Assembly (NCBI GenBank): GCA_030295235.1
Contig: AP026127.1
Location: 186,001 to 250,000, forward strand
Reading direction: 5' to 3'
DNA: 64,000 nt
From: Fistulifera solaris
Taxonomy: Eukaryota
The notes beneath the pieces were generated by a model. It worked only from the letters and a program-made list of their open reading frames with translations. It was not told where the DNA came from and made no database searches. Made by a program: the position numbers and the translations under genes. This document shows, one piece after another, positions 1-11,948 of this stretch (the stretch's first letter is position 1; each line of letters starts with the position of its first letter).

Positions 1-315
1 GAAATGGCCCGTCATCATGGGGCGAGCGATCAGTGTTTACTGGAAACGCGCAAAGAGCTATCGCTCATACAAACATCACGGCGCCTCTCGGAACTCGACC
101 AGCCGTGGGGACTGTGGGGATCCATGAGTGATTCGTCGCATTGCTACCAACAACAGCGATGTGGCATTTTGCTCACTTTATGATGACTCAATTCTTTTTC
201 TTCATGCAACAGCCTTTCATATTACTGCTGTGACTACCACACAGCTAATAAAAATAAATATAGACTTATTAAGTTAACTTATGTGGCGTTTCTCCATGTT
301 CATGATCTTCCGTTA

Positions 316-1210
316 TTAATCTTCGGATTCCAGCGATTCACATAGAGTATCCGTATGCTCTGATAGCAAAACCGCAGTGCGTTGAAAATCATGGGCCGCT
401 TGTTGATTCCAAAGCTTGAATATCAGAGAGGGTCGCGACGCCCTTTCCGCCTGTTTGAAAAGGAAAGAACAAAGGAACAATCGATTGAACGAATACAGAC
501 GTCGGATCAACATGCCATCGTCGGCGATCAATTGATCATTTAGATTTTTGACTCTTATCATCTTATTCTTTTCAATAAGCGTTGGAGCCACAGGTAATTA
601 GGATCGACCTGTGTCGGGTACGTGTCAAGCTTGATCGTTGCCGGGCGTTGGCGGTCTTCCACTGCAGCAAAAATAGCCTCGATGTTGGAAGCCCACTGTA
701 CCGCATTGAGCAATTCCAGAGTGTCTAAACTTTTATTTGTGGCCATAGCTCTGATGAGCGGCTTTGCCATGTCATCAGCGACTGTCTCCTCCGTCGTTTC
801 GAAGTTCCATCGTAACTTTCTTAGGTGTTCGGATTTGGCCACCTGGTCGAAAAAGGAAGTTATGAACTGCATGGGATGACTGCTGCTCAAATCTTCCACG
901 TTGGCGCAAAGATTAGTTGCTACAATATCAACCGACGAGATATCCACGTCGAAACCTTCGTCCGCCTGCACGCCAAACGTAAGATGTTCCACCGGCCCTG
1001 CTAAAGCAAGAGGGATCAGATCTCTGGATAAATTAATTGCCAAGCGTAACTTCATCGAAACGATTCAGATGCAAACAAAGACGTCGCAGGAATCCCTCTT
1101 CAACGCAGTCCAATGTCAAGGAGCCAAACATTGACTGGCGTCTCTCAATAAGATTGCAAAATTCAACACCGCCATCATGAAAGGAAACCCTCCTTAACGC
1201 CAAGGGAATA
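316..1210 (-). pseudogene. 5'-truncated, frameshifted copy of the lineage-expanded RNI/LRR-like family
   Basis: ORFs 1033-1344, 558-1055 and 316-591 carry the family motifs FHDGGVEFCNLIERRQSMFGSL and LYSFNR...DFQRTAVLLSEHTDTLCE, also seen in the 36-50 kb array. The N-terminal part is missing. Confidence 0.7.
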
Positions 1211-1249
1211 AGTGTAAACAAAAATTTGTTGCACCCATCAATCAAGCTT

Positions 1250-2315
1250 TCAAGGCGACATATCCCAATTGTAGATCGGATTACTACCAAAAACCTTTTC
1301 AAGCAACTCGACAGCACCGGGAACTCGCTGAAAGCATCGAACACAGTCCCAAACCGTTCTATATATATCCGAAGGATGTTCGTGAATGATTTTTATGGGT
1401 GGTGGCTGATCGATGATGGGTCTCGGACGAATAAGCGCCGGAAGCATGGAGGGATTCTTCCAGTGAATCGTACCCAGCCTACGCTGAATGAGATGTCGAT
1501 CAGCTTCAACGTTGTAGCCGGGACGAACGAGCATTTCCTGAAGGTTGAATTGCACTTCTTGAATTCGATGCCTCGTAACAGAGCTTCATGAGCCGCTACA
1601 ATCCGCTGTTTGATAATGACAAGGGCTACCAAGAAAGGTCGTTCAATCTTGCACAAATCAGCATCCGACATGTTTTGAAATAGCTCCGAGTAGCGACCAG
1701 CGGGGTCTCGAGGATAGATCCACTCGCCTTCTCTCGTGTTGGCGCTGTTAGCATACATTTGTTCAAGAGCCAAAATGACATCTTCGTCCAGCTCTACCCA
1801 GTATCGAATGAACGACAACGCATCATCATCTCGATTCACGCACAGCAGAAAGAACGGAGCCCGCAAAACACGCTCCCAGGTAATCATTGGCCCCCAATCG
1901 GAGATTTTCCAAAATGTAAAAGACGGCCTTTTCCCAGACTTCCTTGACTTCACTTTTCGTGCGCGGCCTCCTAATACCCATCCGCCAAGTCGTAGCTTGC
2001 TTCCATGTACGTTTGTGTGTGCGGTAGATCCCAAAAGTAACCGACTTCGGTTTCAAAGATGTTATCGGTCATGCTGACACCGAGGAGGACAGTTTGTTGT
2101 TGCATAATTTTGGTAAACTTGGCAATTTTCTGGCACGTTTTTCGATGCTTTTGCTTATAATGGTTCTTCTGACAAGCGCTGTCACAGTACCAGGCTGATT
2201 TACATTGTGAACATTTTAACAACTTCGGGGGTTGTTTCCAGCAGTGTAAGCAACACGGTTCTTGTCGTACATGTATATCCTTTCCTTCGTACATCGGAGT
2301 AGTGTCGTCCGTCAT
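1250..2315 (-). pseudogene. MYND zinc-finger protein, disrupted (paralogue of 55792-56907)
   Basis: CLHC...CSQCKSAWYCDSACQKNHYKQKHRKTC is a MYND finger. Downstream pieces (RDDDALSFIRYW, EGEWIYPR, PIYNWD) align with ORF 55792-56718. There is an in-frame TAG at 1971-1973 where the paralogue has Trp, plus several frameshifts. Confidence 0.75.
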
Positions 2316-2729
2316 TTTTCGCAACAGAGGTATGTATGAATTAACAACTTGAATTGATACCTTCGAAAGCACTCGAGAGCTTTTCACGAGCCTCCTCTTC
2401 CGTTTGACTTGGAATGATTTTTGTGTTTGCTATATGTTGTCGCTTACGCGTCTGTACGTTGTACGTCCGTTTTGGGAGAAACGTTAAAATCCCCGCGAGG
2501 TCGCAAAGATGCTACCAAGGCTACAAAGCATTCTATACAGCGACGCAAAATTTTATACGGAGTAATCCACTCTCGTCTCGTAGCAGTTCCCCCCGCAACA
2601 AGGAAAGTCAAAAACATCACCCGATGAACCTATATCGCGTCTGATTGAAAGCTTAGATAAGCGTATCGAAGAACTTGTATTGTCTTAGTCATTCAGTATC
2701 CTTCTTCATTCAGCAGCGCGACAACTAAA

Positions 2730-4224
2730 ATGCCGATTACACCACGCTTTCATCTTTCGCAAGACGAAACTGACATCATTCTACGGATTTCGGTGCCTCA
2801 TTTTCGTGTCTCGAGTGAAACCATTCAAGTCGTCATTACCGATGATTCAATCTTGCATTTTTCCAGTTCACCGTATTTGCTGGTGTTGAATTTTTCACCG
2901 CATCGGTTTGCGGAACAAGCGGACGAAGCTTGCGCCCAATACGAAATCGCGACCAAAGAGCTCGTACTGCGACTCCGGAAAGCGCAAGAACACGAAATGA
3001 TTTGGGACAATCTTCATTTGTTGGGGCAGTTAGTATCACCGAAATCGGCAGTAGGAGCCGAAGCGCCGTGGTTGCAAAAAAGTCGTAGCGAGTACAGAGG
3101 TGGAGGATATTCCGACGGAAGATACGACGAGTGCATTGGATGGTTATGGCTTTATGAATATGTTTCAGAATATTTACGAAACTCTCGCCAGAGAAGAAGC
3201 TTCGTGGTTAGAAGTTCCTTGGAATTCATCAGAGTCTCGAGAAGAGCGTCGGAGGAAACGAATAGTCTCGGAAAACGAATGCTTTGATCAAGAACGCTAC
3301 CTACAAGACTTGGATGTGTCGGATGACTATATCTATCAAAACGCAGTATCTTTCATACCATTTTGGACTGAGACGATTGAACAGCAGCTTGATTCATTAT
3401 CGCTTCAGTCGTCAGCACAGGGTTTCTCCGATCAAGAACAGCAGGACCTTCTGTCGATACCCTATCCCATCCTGCCGCAAACAACAAAGTTTTCGTCTCG
3501 ATCGCTCCTGATGAATCTCCTCGATATTCTATTTGCCTATGTCTATGATCATTTGACCACAGATGGCGAGCCGACCGTCGAGTCCGCGTGGACTGTTACA
3601 AAGCTCAGTGCTTCGTTGTCCTGTCTCGAGGACTGGAGTCATGACACTGTAGAAACAGTTATGATTTCTTCGTGCCGAAGGACTCTCTTGTACCCATACT
3701 TAAGGAACATGGATCTGGCTTGCTTGTGTTGGCAACATGTTTCCAACATCATACCCAGCGTCGATCACATTGTGCGTGCTCTACTCCAATTACGCAACAT
3801 TCTGCTGAAAACAGATCAGTATCACTACTTGTCGAATCAAATCTGGATTGATCCCTACTTGGCATGGATACAACGAGAAAACGATGCCTTGGTGAAAGAT
3901 CTGAGGTATCTGTATTGTACTGTTCAAGAAGTACTGAAAAAATGGAAAGAGGATCCATCTAGTCTCAAAGAAGCATTACAGCTGGGCGTCCTGGAATTGG
4001 AGCAGTCTTTGAATACTTTAGGAGAAAGTGAAGAAGAAGACGACGACGACGATTCTGCTGATTTCGATAGTGGTTCGTCCGGAGAAGATGATGATGACTG
4101 TGGCGGAGAAAGTGAAGTACTTAGTGTGGGAGAGGCAGTTGTTCAGCGTCGGCACGTCTCCGATGCCTTGTTAGATTCGAAAATCAATGAGTCAAAGCTA
4201 TTCATAGTCAAAAATCTACTTTAG
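2730..4224 (+). CDS. SHQ1: H/ACA snoRNP assembly factor SHQ1 (CS domain + SHQ1 domain); 1-nt frameshift at A-run 3076-3081
   Basis: N-terminal MPITPRFHLSQDE...SSPYLLVLNF CS domain; YGF motif; ENECFDQERYLQD; DILFAYVYDHLTTDGEPTVESAWTVTKLSASLS and RRTLLYPYLRN are SHQ1 signatures. Confidence 0.88.
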
Positions 4225-4281
4225 TGAACAATTTCACGGGTTTCGCTGCAAAATAGAATAAGATGGCTCACTTTGGCTCGC

Positions 4282-5487
4282 CTAAGCCGCCGCTGACGTT
4301 GAGTCGTTACTGGTATGATGACGCGGTAGCGAACAGATGATCTCCCCTAATACAGCACTGACAGTGCTTCCGACAGCGCAAGCTAGACTCATCTTTTCAG
4401 CGACAATCAGCGACGAGTGACTCAAATGTGCCCACAGTGCATAGACGATCCAAATATGAAGGACCATGTCAACAAAATCGGTAACAGCCGCCACGCCGAA
4501 GAAAACCTTCGTTTTCTTCTTGTCTTCCTGGCTCATTCGTTTCAAATCTTGCTGGAATAAGTACCACCCAAAGAGCGCTCCTAAAGCAGGCAAGGCGAGC
4601 GATAGCGATCGACCCAACTTTGGTAACAAGCGCTCCACAAAGCGCTCTTCGATTCGTAGTAGACTTCTTTCACCGCTTCGTTCTAGCACATGCTCCGCCA
4701 CGCGCTCTCCATTTCTCTCTACTATCCGTTTCGTCCCGCTTTTAGCAAATCTTTCTATTTTCGTTGCGGCAAATTGTCGTGCTCTTTTCGGAAATAGTTT
4801 TTCCCAACCCCTCTCTGCAACGCGTTCGGCATTTCCTTCCAAAACCCGCTCAATACCCCGTTCGGCAATTCGTTCCGCATTACTCTCTAAAGCTCTTTCG
4901 ATACCACGTTCGGCAATACGTTCAGTCCCGCGTTCCGTGATCCGTTCCACTCCTCGCTCAATGAGCCTTTCGGTGCCTCGCTCAACGGATCGTTCGATAC
5001 CTCTGTGCACAATTCCTTCCGCTCCTCTCTCCGCCACTCGTTCGGCTCCCTGTTCGGCAAACCGATTTCCGCTTCTCTCCAACAACCGCTCTCCGCCGTG
5101 AAATCGTTCCAACAGTGCCGAAATCTGCTCGATACCTCGCTTCCACCATTGTGATTTGCTGACTAGATTTTCTGTGACATGCTGCGCAATCCCCATGGTG
5201 GCCTTTTCTTGTGCTCGATGTTTGACTTGATGCAATGCGGGATGAAGGTGATGATGAGCGTTCGTTTGGTTGCTGTTTGTGAGTGTTGATGATGATTTGT
5301 CATCGTTGCCCGCTCCTTCTTTCAAAGAGATTTCTGGAGTGTAGGGAAAATACGGAGAAATGAAGCATTGGGGACGACCAGCTGCCGACGCCATGCAACA
5401 CAAAGCGAGGTATCGGATTATTGTCGCGGAAAGCCTCATATACAACATTCCACAATGACATCTACGGGTGTCACCTTGCAACTGCAA
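4282..5487 (-). CDS. Membrane protein with 8-aa ERGxERxx repeats, N-terminal signal-like segment and about 3 C-terminal TM helices
   Basis: 401-aa ORF (true start probably a downstream Met) with about 12 tandem ERG(A/I/T/V)ER(I/V)A units and hydrophobic C-terminal segments. Confidence 0.75.
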   Translation of the reverse strand: MQLQGDTRRCHCGMLYMRLSATIIRYLALCCMASAAGRPQCFISPYFPYTPEISLKEGAGNDDKSSSTLTNSNQTNAHHHLHPALHQVKHRAQEKATMGIAQHVTENLVSKSQWWKRGIEQISALLERFHGGERLLERSGNRFAEQGAERVAERGAEGIVHRGIERSVERGTERLIERGVERITERGTERIAERGIERALESNAERIAERGIERVLEGNAERVAERGWEKLFPKRARQFAATKIERFAKSGTKRIVERNGERVAEHVLERSGERSLLRIEERFVERLLPKLGRSLSLALPALGALFGWYLFQQDLKRMSQEDKKKTKVFFGVAAVTDFVDMVLHIWIVYALWAHLSHSSLIVAEKMSLACAVGSTVSAVLGEIICSLPRHHTSNDSTSAAA

Positions 5488-5873
5488 AAGTATCTATCAC
5501 ATCGGGAAGCGGCGAATGCTTTTTTCTTTTTTTTTTACTCACATAAACCTTCACACTCCACGAAATCCACGTTCCAGATGCCTCTATCTTTTTCCTACAT
5601 TTCAGACTATTGTAATGAAAATATTAAACGCTAAAATGTACATGATGCGACTGCACGACGTTTTTTAGATCGGCAACGAACTTTCAAAAAACCGATTCAT
5701 TCGTTTTTGGCGTTTGAGGGAAGCATAGACAAACTTTTTGCCTCTACAAGTACATCGTGCCCTTGAAACAAATTTCTTTTACAGCGTGTTATGCTTGTTG
5801 CTTGTATATCGGTCTTTTACTGACTGTTAGCCTAGGATGTAGAGGCGTAAATGATTTCTATTTCAGGGAAGGT

Positions 5874-5937
5874 CGTTAAAATTCTGCCTCCTGTACACGA
5901 TTCTACGTAGCGTCTACGAAGAGGCAGAATTTTAACG
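5874..5937. repeat. Perfect 17-bp inverted repeat (64-bp hairpin)
   Basis: CGTTAAAATTCTGCCTC (5874-5890) and GAGGCAGAATTTTAACG (5921-5937) are exact reverse complements; the spacer is partly self-complementary. Confidence 0.9.
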
Positions 5938-6433
5938 CCGTTTTTCAACGATCATCTACCTGCATTGTTTTATTATTATCTCCGTAATGCCTACCCTAGT
6001 CACTTGTTGGTGAGTCACGGGTATTTTAGTTTTTGTGAGTACCGTACCAGCGTCCAGCGTACAAGTACCAGGTAAGCTTACCAGTATCGCGCGCTCGAAC
6101 ACGCTGTCACCTGTCACGCTGTGTCACTCCGGGTACGTCAACCTTCTCTGACGTTTGATACTTAACGCAAGAGAACGATCGGAACCGTTCGTTGAGGTTT
6201 ATCTACTTTTTATCCTATAGTATCTTTGAAAATGACTCAAATGCTGCACGTAGCAATCTTGCGTAGCAGCCCGGACACGTAAGATACCCATCATCCGCTT
6301 CCATACGTCACTCGAAATCCACGTGCATCGCGACGACGATCGACGATCGACCCACAAAAGAAGTCTTTTTCTCATCTTCACAATTCCAAAGACCGCTTTT
6401 GTTAGCATCCAATTGCATATAATAAGATTTAAG

Positions 6434-7156
6434 ATGAAGTTCGCTGCCTCCATCCTCGCTCTTGCTGGATCCGCGTCCGCCTTTGCCCCTCAGAAGCTCG
6501 GCAAGACGTCGACGGCTCTCAACTCCGGCCTCAACGGCTGGGTTCCGGACTCGTCCAAGATGGCGTACGGTCTTCCGGGTGCCGTTGCCCCTTTCGAGGA
6601 TGGTTTCGACCCCCTTGGATTGTCGACTGACAAGGACTTGGAAACGATCAAGTACTGGCGTGAGGCTGAGCTTCAGCACGGCCGAACGGCCATGTTGGCC
6701 GTGATTGGCTTCTTGGTCACCGAGGAGCCCATCGAGATTCACCCGCTCTTTGAGGCCAACGAGAAGGACATTGGACCCGCCATTCGTCACTTGGATGAAG
6801 TCCGTGCCGTTTCTCCGTTCTTCTTTGAGATCTTTGCCGTCTTAATTGGTGCCCTCGAGTTGAACCGTGCTTTGACCGGATGGAACTCTCCGTCCGCCAA
6901 GACGGTCGCCGGGTCGGGCACACTCAAGGAAGACTACTTCCCCGGTGACATTGACTTTGATCCTTTGGGACTCAAGCCCAAGAATGCGGAAGAGTTCCTG
7001 GCACTCAACACCAAGGAACTCCAGAACGGTCGCTTGGCCATGCTTGCTGTTGCTGGCTTTGTCGCTCAAGAGCTAACGAACGGAAAGGAGATCTTTGTCA
7101 ACTTGGGTCTAGCACAGGATCGCTTCGATCCTTCTGTCTTGCCCATCCAGTTCTAA
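6434..7156 (+). CDS. Lhcx: Light-harvesting fucoxanthin-chlorophyll a/c protein, Lhcx/LI818-like (resembles Lhcx6_1 type)
   Basis: MKFAASILALAGSASAFAP bipartite presequence; FDPLG, REAELQHGRTAMLA, GPAIRHL, ELNRALTGW, PGDIDFDPLGLKP, TKELQNGRLAMLA. Confidence 0.95.
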   Translation: MKFAASILALAGSASAFAPQKLGKTSTALNSGLNGWVPDSSKMAYGLPGAVAPFEDGFDPLGLSTDKDLETIKYWREAELQHGRTAMLAVIGFLVTEEPIEIHPLFEANEKDIGPAIRHLDEVRAVSPFFFEIFAVLIGALELNRALTGWNSPSAKTVAGSGTLKEDYFPGDIDFDPLGLKPKNAEEFLALNTKELQNGRLAMLAVAGFVAQELTNGKEIFVNLGLAQDRFDPSVLPIQF

Positions 7157-7368
7157 ACACCTTACCGGTACTTGTAATTTACAGAAGCCCTAATTTACGC
7201 TAATACGCTTGTTACAATGATTATACATCTCGGGTTCGTACAATGGCCATCTACGTGTCGTAATTTCACATAAGGCTTGCACGTTGATGATGAACCTATA
7301 TCATATTTGCATCAGCTTCGACGGTTGTAAACGTTGGTCGAGTTGTGGCATTACAGGCGTCGTCTTCT

Positions 7369-8762
7369 CTAGTAAGTTGTCGAACACGATGCTCTTTGAC
7401 AACATCTTTTCAATGAATTGTCTCCTTGGACACCGGTCGGTGCAGTTTTGATGAAGGTTCTTCTGCAGTCGTCAAGTGTGCATTCTCCAGTGTCGAAGAG
7501 AAGAGAACCCCGAGAAAGAGGAGAACGGCTGATACTCTCTCCGCTATCGTCTTCCAAACCACTATCGTAATCCTCCTCCAAAATCAATGAAGGCAATAGG
7601 ACTTGAAGATTCTTTTCATTTTCTTGGCATAAAGACTTGATGGGAGGAGTCATGTACTTCATGAGATATTCTTTCTCGCATCCAAGTCCCAGTGTTTCGC
7701 ATTCAATCGAAAGAAGGCGAGGATGTTGGGCCGCTGCCTTGAGCAGGTGTTGCCAGCGTTCCCCAAGTAAATGATATTCACCAAGTACCAGTTTCACCAA
7801 CCTTCTGTTTCTTTCCAAAACCCGAATTAACGCCAGCGACAACCATTCACTATCGTCTTCATCGATCGCACCGACAATTTCCAGCTGTTGAAGATCGCTT
7901 CTGCCCACAGTTTCGAGCAACAACTCGTAATGCCTTCGTTCGTCACAGGAGTCGCATCCAATCCCACTCAACACCAAGGTGTGCTTAACGCGTCCACTTG
8001 CAACAGCCTTGATCAAATGCTTCAACGGTCGGAGATCTTCAAAGAAGCAGCATTCCAGTGAGAGCTTTTCGACGTTCGGAATACTGGACATCGCGAACCT
8101 TCCATCGAAAACAATGTTGCGAAGACATAGTGTCCGAACACGACCGACAGAGCCCTCGTCGAGTAGACGACACAGCTCATGCCATGAATCTTCGTGAAAG
8201 GGTATACTTTGGTCAAATGAGAGCATTTGATAGGGAGTGAACCTACAACTCGAGCCAACACAAAGGACCCTCCCCCATCGACAAAACGGCATTGCGTGAA
8301 GGAAAGTCGAGTGGAAATATCAGTCGTTGAAAGTGTCCATGCTTGCTGCTTCGTCAACTCATAGTTTTCAAGTTTGTACTCTCTTTGAGGGTTCGTTTGT
8401 AGAATCGATTGTATTTGATGACAAGAGAATGGCAGGTGCATCCTGTAATCAACCTTCTCAGACGATAGCTTCACCATATCGAAGATGTCATCCTGAAGAT
8501 TCAGAACTATGGTGGCAGCATTCGTAGCACTTTCTTCATCTTTGCCGTGCACAAATATCACGAAAGCATGTAAATATTGATTTTCAAAAGCCAGCACAAG
8601 CATAGGATGGTAACCGAAACGGTTGATTATTCGCTTGGAAGCAACGAAAGCCGACCCCTTCATCACCCACAATGGGGATTCGTCGTCGCGCAGACGTAAG
8701 AGGAAGTCACCCAACGTTTCGTTTGCTTCGTCCAGAAATTGGTCCTTCATCATCGTTTGCAT
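7369..8762 (-). CDS. Divergent member of the RNI/LRR-like expanded family (frameshift near 8270-8290)
   Basis: LTKQQAWTLST...LSFTQCRFVDGGGSFV matches the family motif CxFxDGGxAFV. The downstream ORF has LxxLxL-type repeats (VRTLCLRNI, VEKLSLECC, LQQLEI, LVKLVLG). Confidence 0.55.
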
Positions 8763-9292
8763 GTAGCTAGTTAGCGCACATGCGATTGTCGATGAACGAT
8801 CTTTTTGGAAACGATGTGGGGCGAGGGGTACCAGGTAAGAAAAAAAAAAGTGAATGATGTGCGTATTGTTCGCGCCAAACGTCAAGAAGTTAGCCGGAGT
8901 GTCCACATCACAGTAGACTACTTAAGCAGCCTATGTAGTGAGTCCCAGTGTATCCTCCGTAGCAACTCTCCAACCCATAGTCGTTATTCGTTGAGACAAC
9001 CAGGAAATATCTTTCGGAAATTTGGAGGGGCGAAACAAACACTCTTTCATTTTTTCTCTAGAGTTCTCCTCCGAAAGCACCTTTGAACTCATTCATGTCC
9101 AACATCACTCTAGATTAACGATCGCATTGACGTTGATCATTTTGCTAGAGGGAAAATAATCCTCGTCATCCTCCTACCTTCACTCTGACGACGATATCAA
9201 TGGCTTTCACAAAGTAATTTTTTCTCGCCGCTCGGATTGTCCCTTTTGAGTTGTTACGTGGTATTTACAAATAATAAGCTGACACAATAACC

Positions 9293-11147
9293 ATGAAATT
9301 GTTGACAACGAAGGAAGAGAAGGATTACAGGCTCAGGAGCGAAAAGGAGGAAATTCTCTGGCTCTGGTTTTTCTGGGTTTTCCCGGTCTTTTCATTTGCA
9401 CTTTTCGCACGTTACACCGTAACATTTTCGATCGATCCTATTCCAATCTATCCAGGACCTGCTGCGTTCCCTAAAAAGCGTCCTCAGGGATGGAAACGGA
9501 CCTCCATTCTGCCTCCTGAAGAACAGCAACATGAATCAAAACATGCAAGTTCTACTGGGAAAGTATTCTCGTCAAAGAATACAGTCGAGCTTGTTCAACA
9601 AATTGAACGCTTGAAGCAAGACTACGAAATGAACCCTAACAGTCTACCGAGTGCCATCGAATACCTGCAAGTAATGCAATTGTACGTGCAGCAATTCTCT
9701 CCGTCGGCCTACACCGAGCCGTTGATGGATCTCTACGAAAGTATTCAACAAAAGATAAAGCAAGCCATATCTACTGATGCATCTGCTCTCACGCATATAC
9801 AGCTGCTGTGCCAGCTCTATACGGAACAAGGCATTTGGCTATTTCGATACTTGCGTCGAGTCGATGAAGCTATGACTCAATGGAACGAATGTATAAAAAT
9901 CAACCCGACTTGTGTACAAGCCTGGCGAGCAAGGGGGGATGCATGGCGGACTTTGGGAGACGAATTCACCGAAAACGCCGTCTTCAATTACATGCAAGCA
10001 TTGCAGCTTGACCAACCAAAGCTGCCTTCGACAACGCCGTTCATATTGCTTCAGCTTGTGCAATTATTGACGAAAAATGCACCAGAATGGAAATTTGTTG
10101 TCGCTACAGCCGAGAACAATATTCTTACGCTCTCCAACCAATCATTTCCTACAGATTCGCCTCTGGCTAAATACCAGTATGCTACTACAATCCACCGTTT
10201 GAATCTCGTGTTGATGTGGTATCATCTTGTACACGGCAATATTCCCCAAGCAAGGGAGCACCTACAAACTGGTTGTCGGACGAAAGTGGCTGCTTTGCCG
10301 CCTTGGCAAAATGGAGCGGAACTACAAAAGGTACAAAATACTTGTTCTATTTTTAGAAAAGGATTTTGGTCCCAAAAATGGGAAGTTCGACGAATTCACC
10401 TATCTTCATCATGGGTTTTATAGAAAGTGGAGCCACGCTCGTGGAAAGGCACTTGGTAGCATCGCACTCAGACATAATTGACACATCCTATTCAGTATGG
10501 AATCAACGTCTGACAGAAATTCGAGATCTAATAGCATCGGTTTCTCATGCTGATCTACCTTCGGTCGTCCATTCCCTGGCAGAAAGTATCGAGCAGCAAA
10601 TGCTGGGCGGATATTCCGCACGATTTGCCGTTGACTCTTTTGGATGAACTATTACTCCATCGGTTTGTTGCATACCATTTATCCGAATGCACTTATTGTT
10701 CATGTTGTGAGGGATCCCTTGGAGAATCTCGTGGCTGCTTCCATGCATGATTCCTCTACGTTCTCGGACTTTGGATTACATGACTACACGTGCAACTGGA
10801 ATGTTCTAGTAGAACTTTATCGAGCCTATCGTCAAATGATGCGACACTGGGACGACGTACTCCCCGGTCGTGTTATTCACATTCGATACGAAGATTGGAT
10901 ACAAGATCCCAATGGAATGACAGAAATACTACTCAAGCGGATCGGTTTATCATCGAACGGAGTGCCTTTAAAAATTCCTCGTTCTGAAACCGCCGTGCGA
11001 AGTTTTCAGCCTTATGCGGAAGGATTCGGCGATTTATCCGGACTATTGTCTGATCTTGGCGGCTACCAGGTACCGTTCACTTTGAAAAGTCAATATCAAG
11101 AGACGGGCTCGAGTTTTCGTCAAGGGAGGGGACAAGACGAGCTATAG
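9293..11147 (+). CDS. Membrane-anchored TPR + sulfotransferase-fold protein (frameshifts near 10372 and 10640)
   Basis: N-terminal TM segment; TPR-like DEAMTQWNECIKINPTCVQAWRARGD; PIFIMGF..SGATLVE; YPNALIVHVVRDPLEN; HWDDVLPGRVIHIRYED are typical of TPR-sulfotransferase proteins. Confidence 0.8.
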
Positions 11148-11948
11148 CATGCTCTTCAATGACTTGAATAATAGTCGCATTTTTGTATTATTTATCAAAT
11201 TCTCGATCCCGATCCTTGAAAATAGTTTGAGTCGAGGTTACATTAGGCAGAACTATCTCCATACAGCCCGACAGCTTTTCTGTCATGATTTAACACTTCT
11301 TTTGAACCAGACTGCCATCGAACTGCAAGATTAAAAGTTCTTTGTCTTTCCGTCAACTGCAACAACCTAAATCTGATTTACAATGCGTTCTTTCGCTATG
11401 AAGCAGAAGTTTCGGAAAGATTATCGTAAAATTAGGCCCATACTGCGTGTTTACGCTTCCTGTCGTCATGCTGCGCAAATAACAAATACCGATATCGCTC
11501 GCCCTAATAATGGATGCAACTCTCAGTTGAGATCCATTTTCGTCAATTACAACTTGCTTCTCAATCATTAAAAAGAAACGAGAACATGATGTGTGACCCG
11601 AGTCAGAACGTTTGCATTTGATTCATTCGATTATTGTTTTGATGAATAAGACTGAATTCGTAATGGACGCAGCCGCCGGACGCTGGAAGCGTTGAATGTT
11701 TTCTACTGTTTCATGTATCATTGTCGCTTCAATGTCACATACTGTTGCATGGCTCTTGACGGAAGGTTCGCGCGAGACCGCGAGTATCGCTAAAGAATAC
11801 TTTGCATAGTCTACTATACCTGGTATCTCCTCATGTTGATCCTCCATTGTTCGGAACGCTAAGTTCGATCGCTCTCGAGTTCCGCCTTGTACACAGGTTA
11901 TTACTTGGTCCTGTCTAAGGCTTAGGCCTCATCAGCGTCAACGTCTGA

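Noticed and set aside
4466..5101. Antisense RS-rich 211-aa ORF (and similar antisense ORFs over RBM39 and NAT10)
   Set aside because: Shadow frames of repetitive or low-complexity sense coding sequence.
11353..11847. Two short minus-strand ORFs downstream of the GPCR
   Set aside because: No recognisable motifs or splice structure; not supportable as genes.
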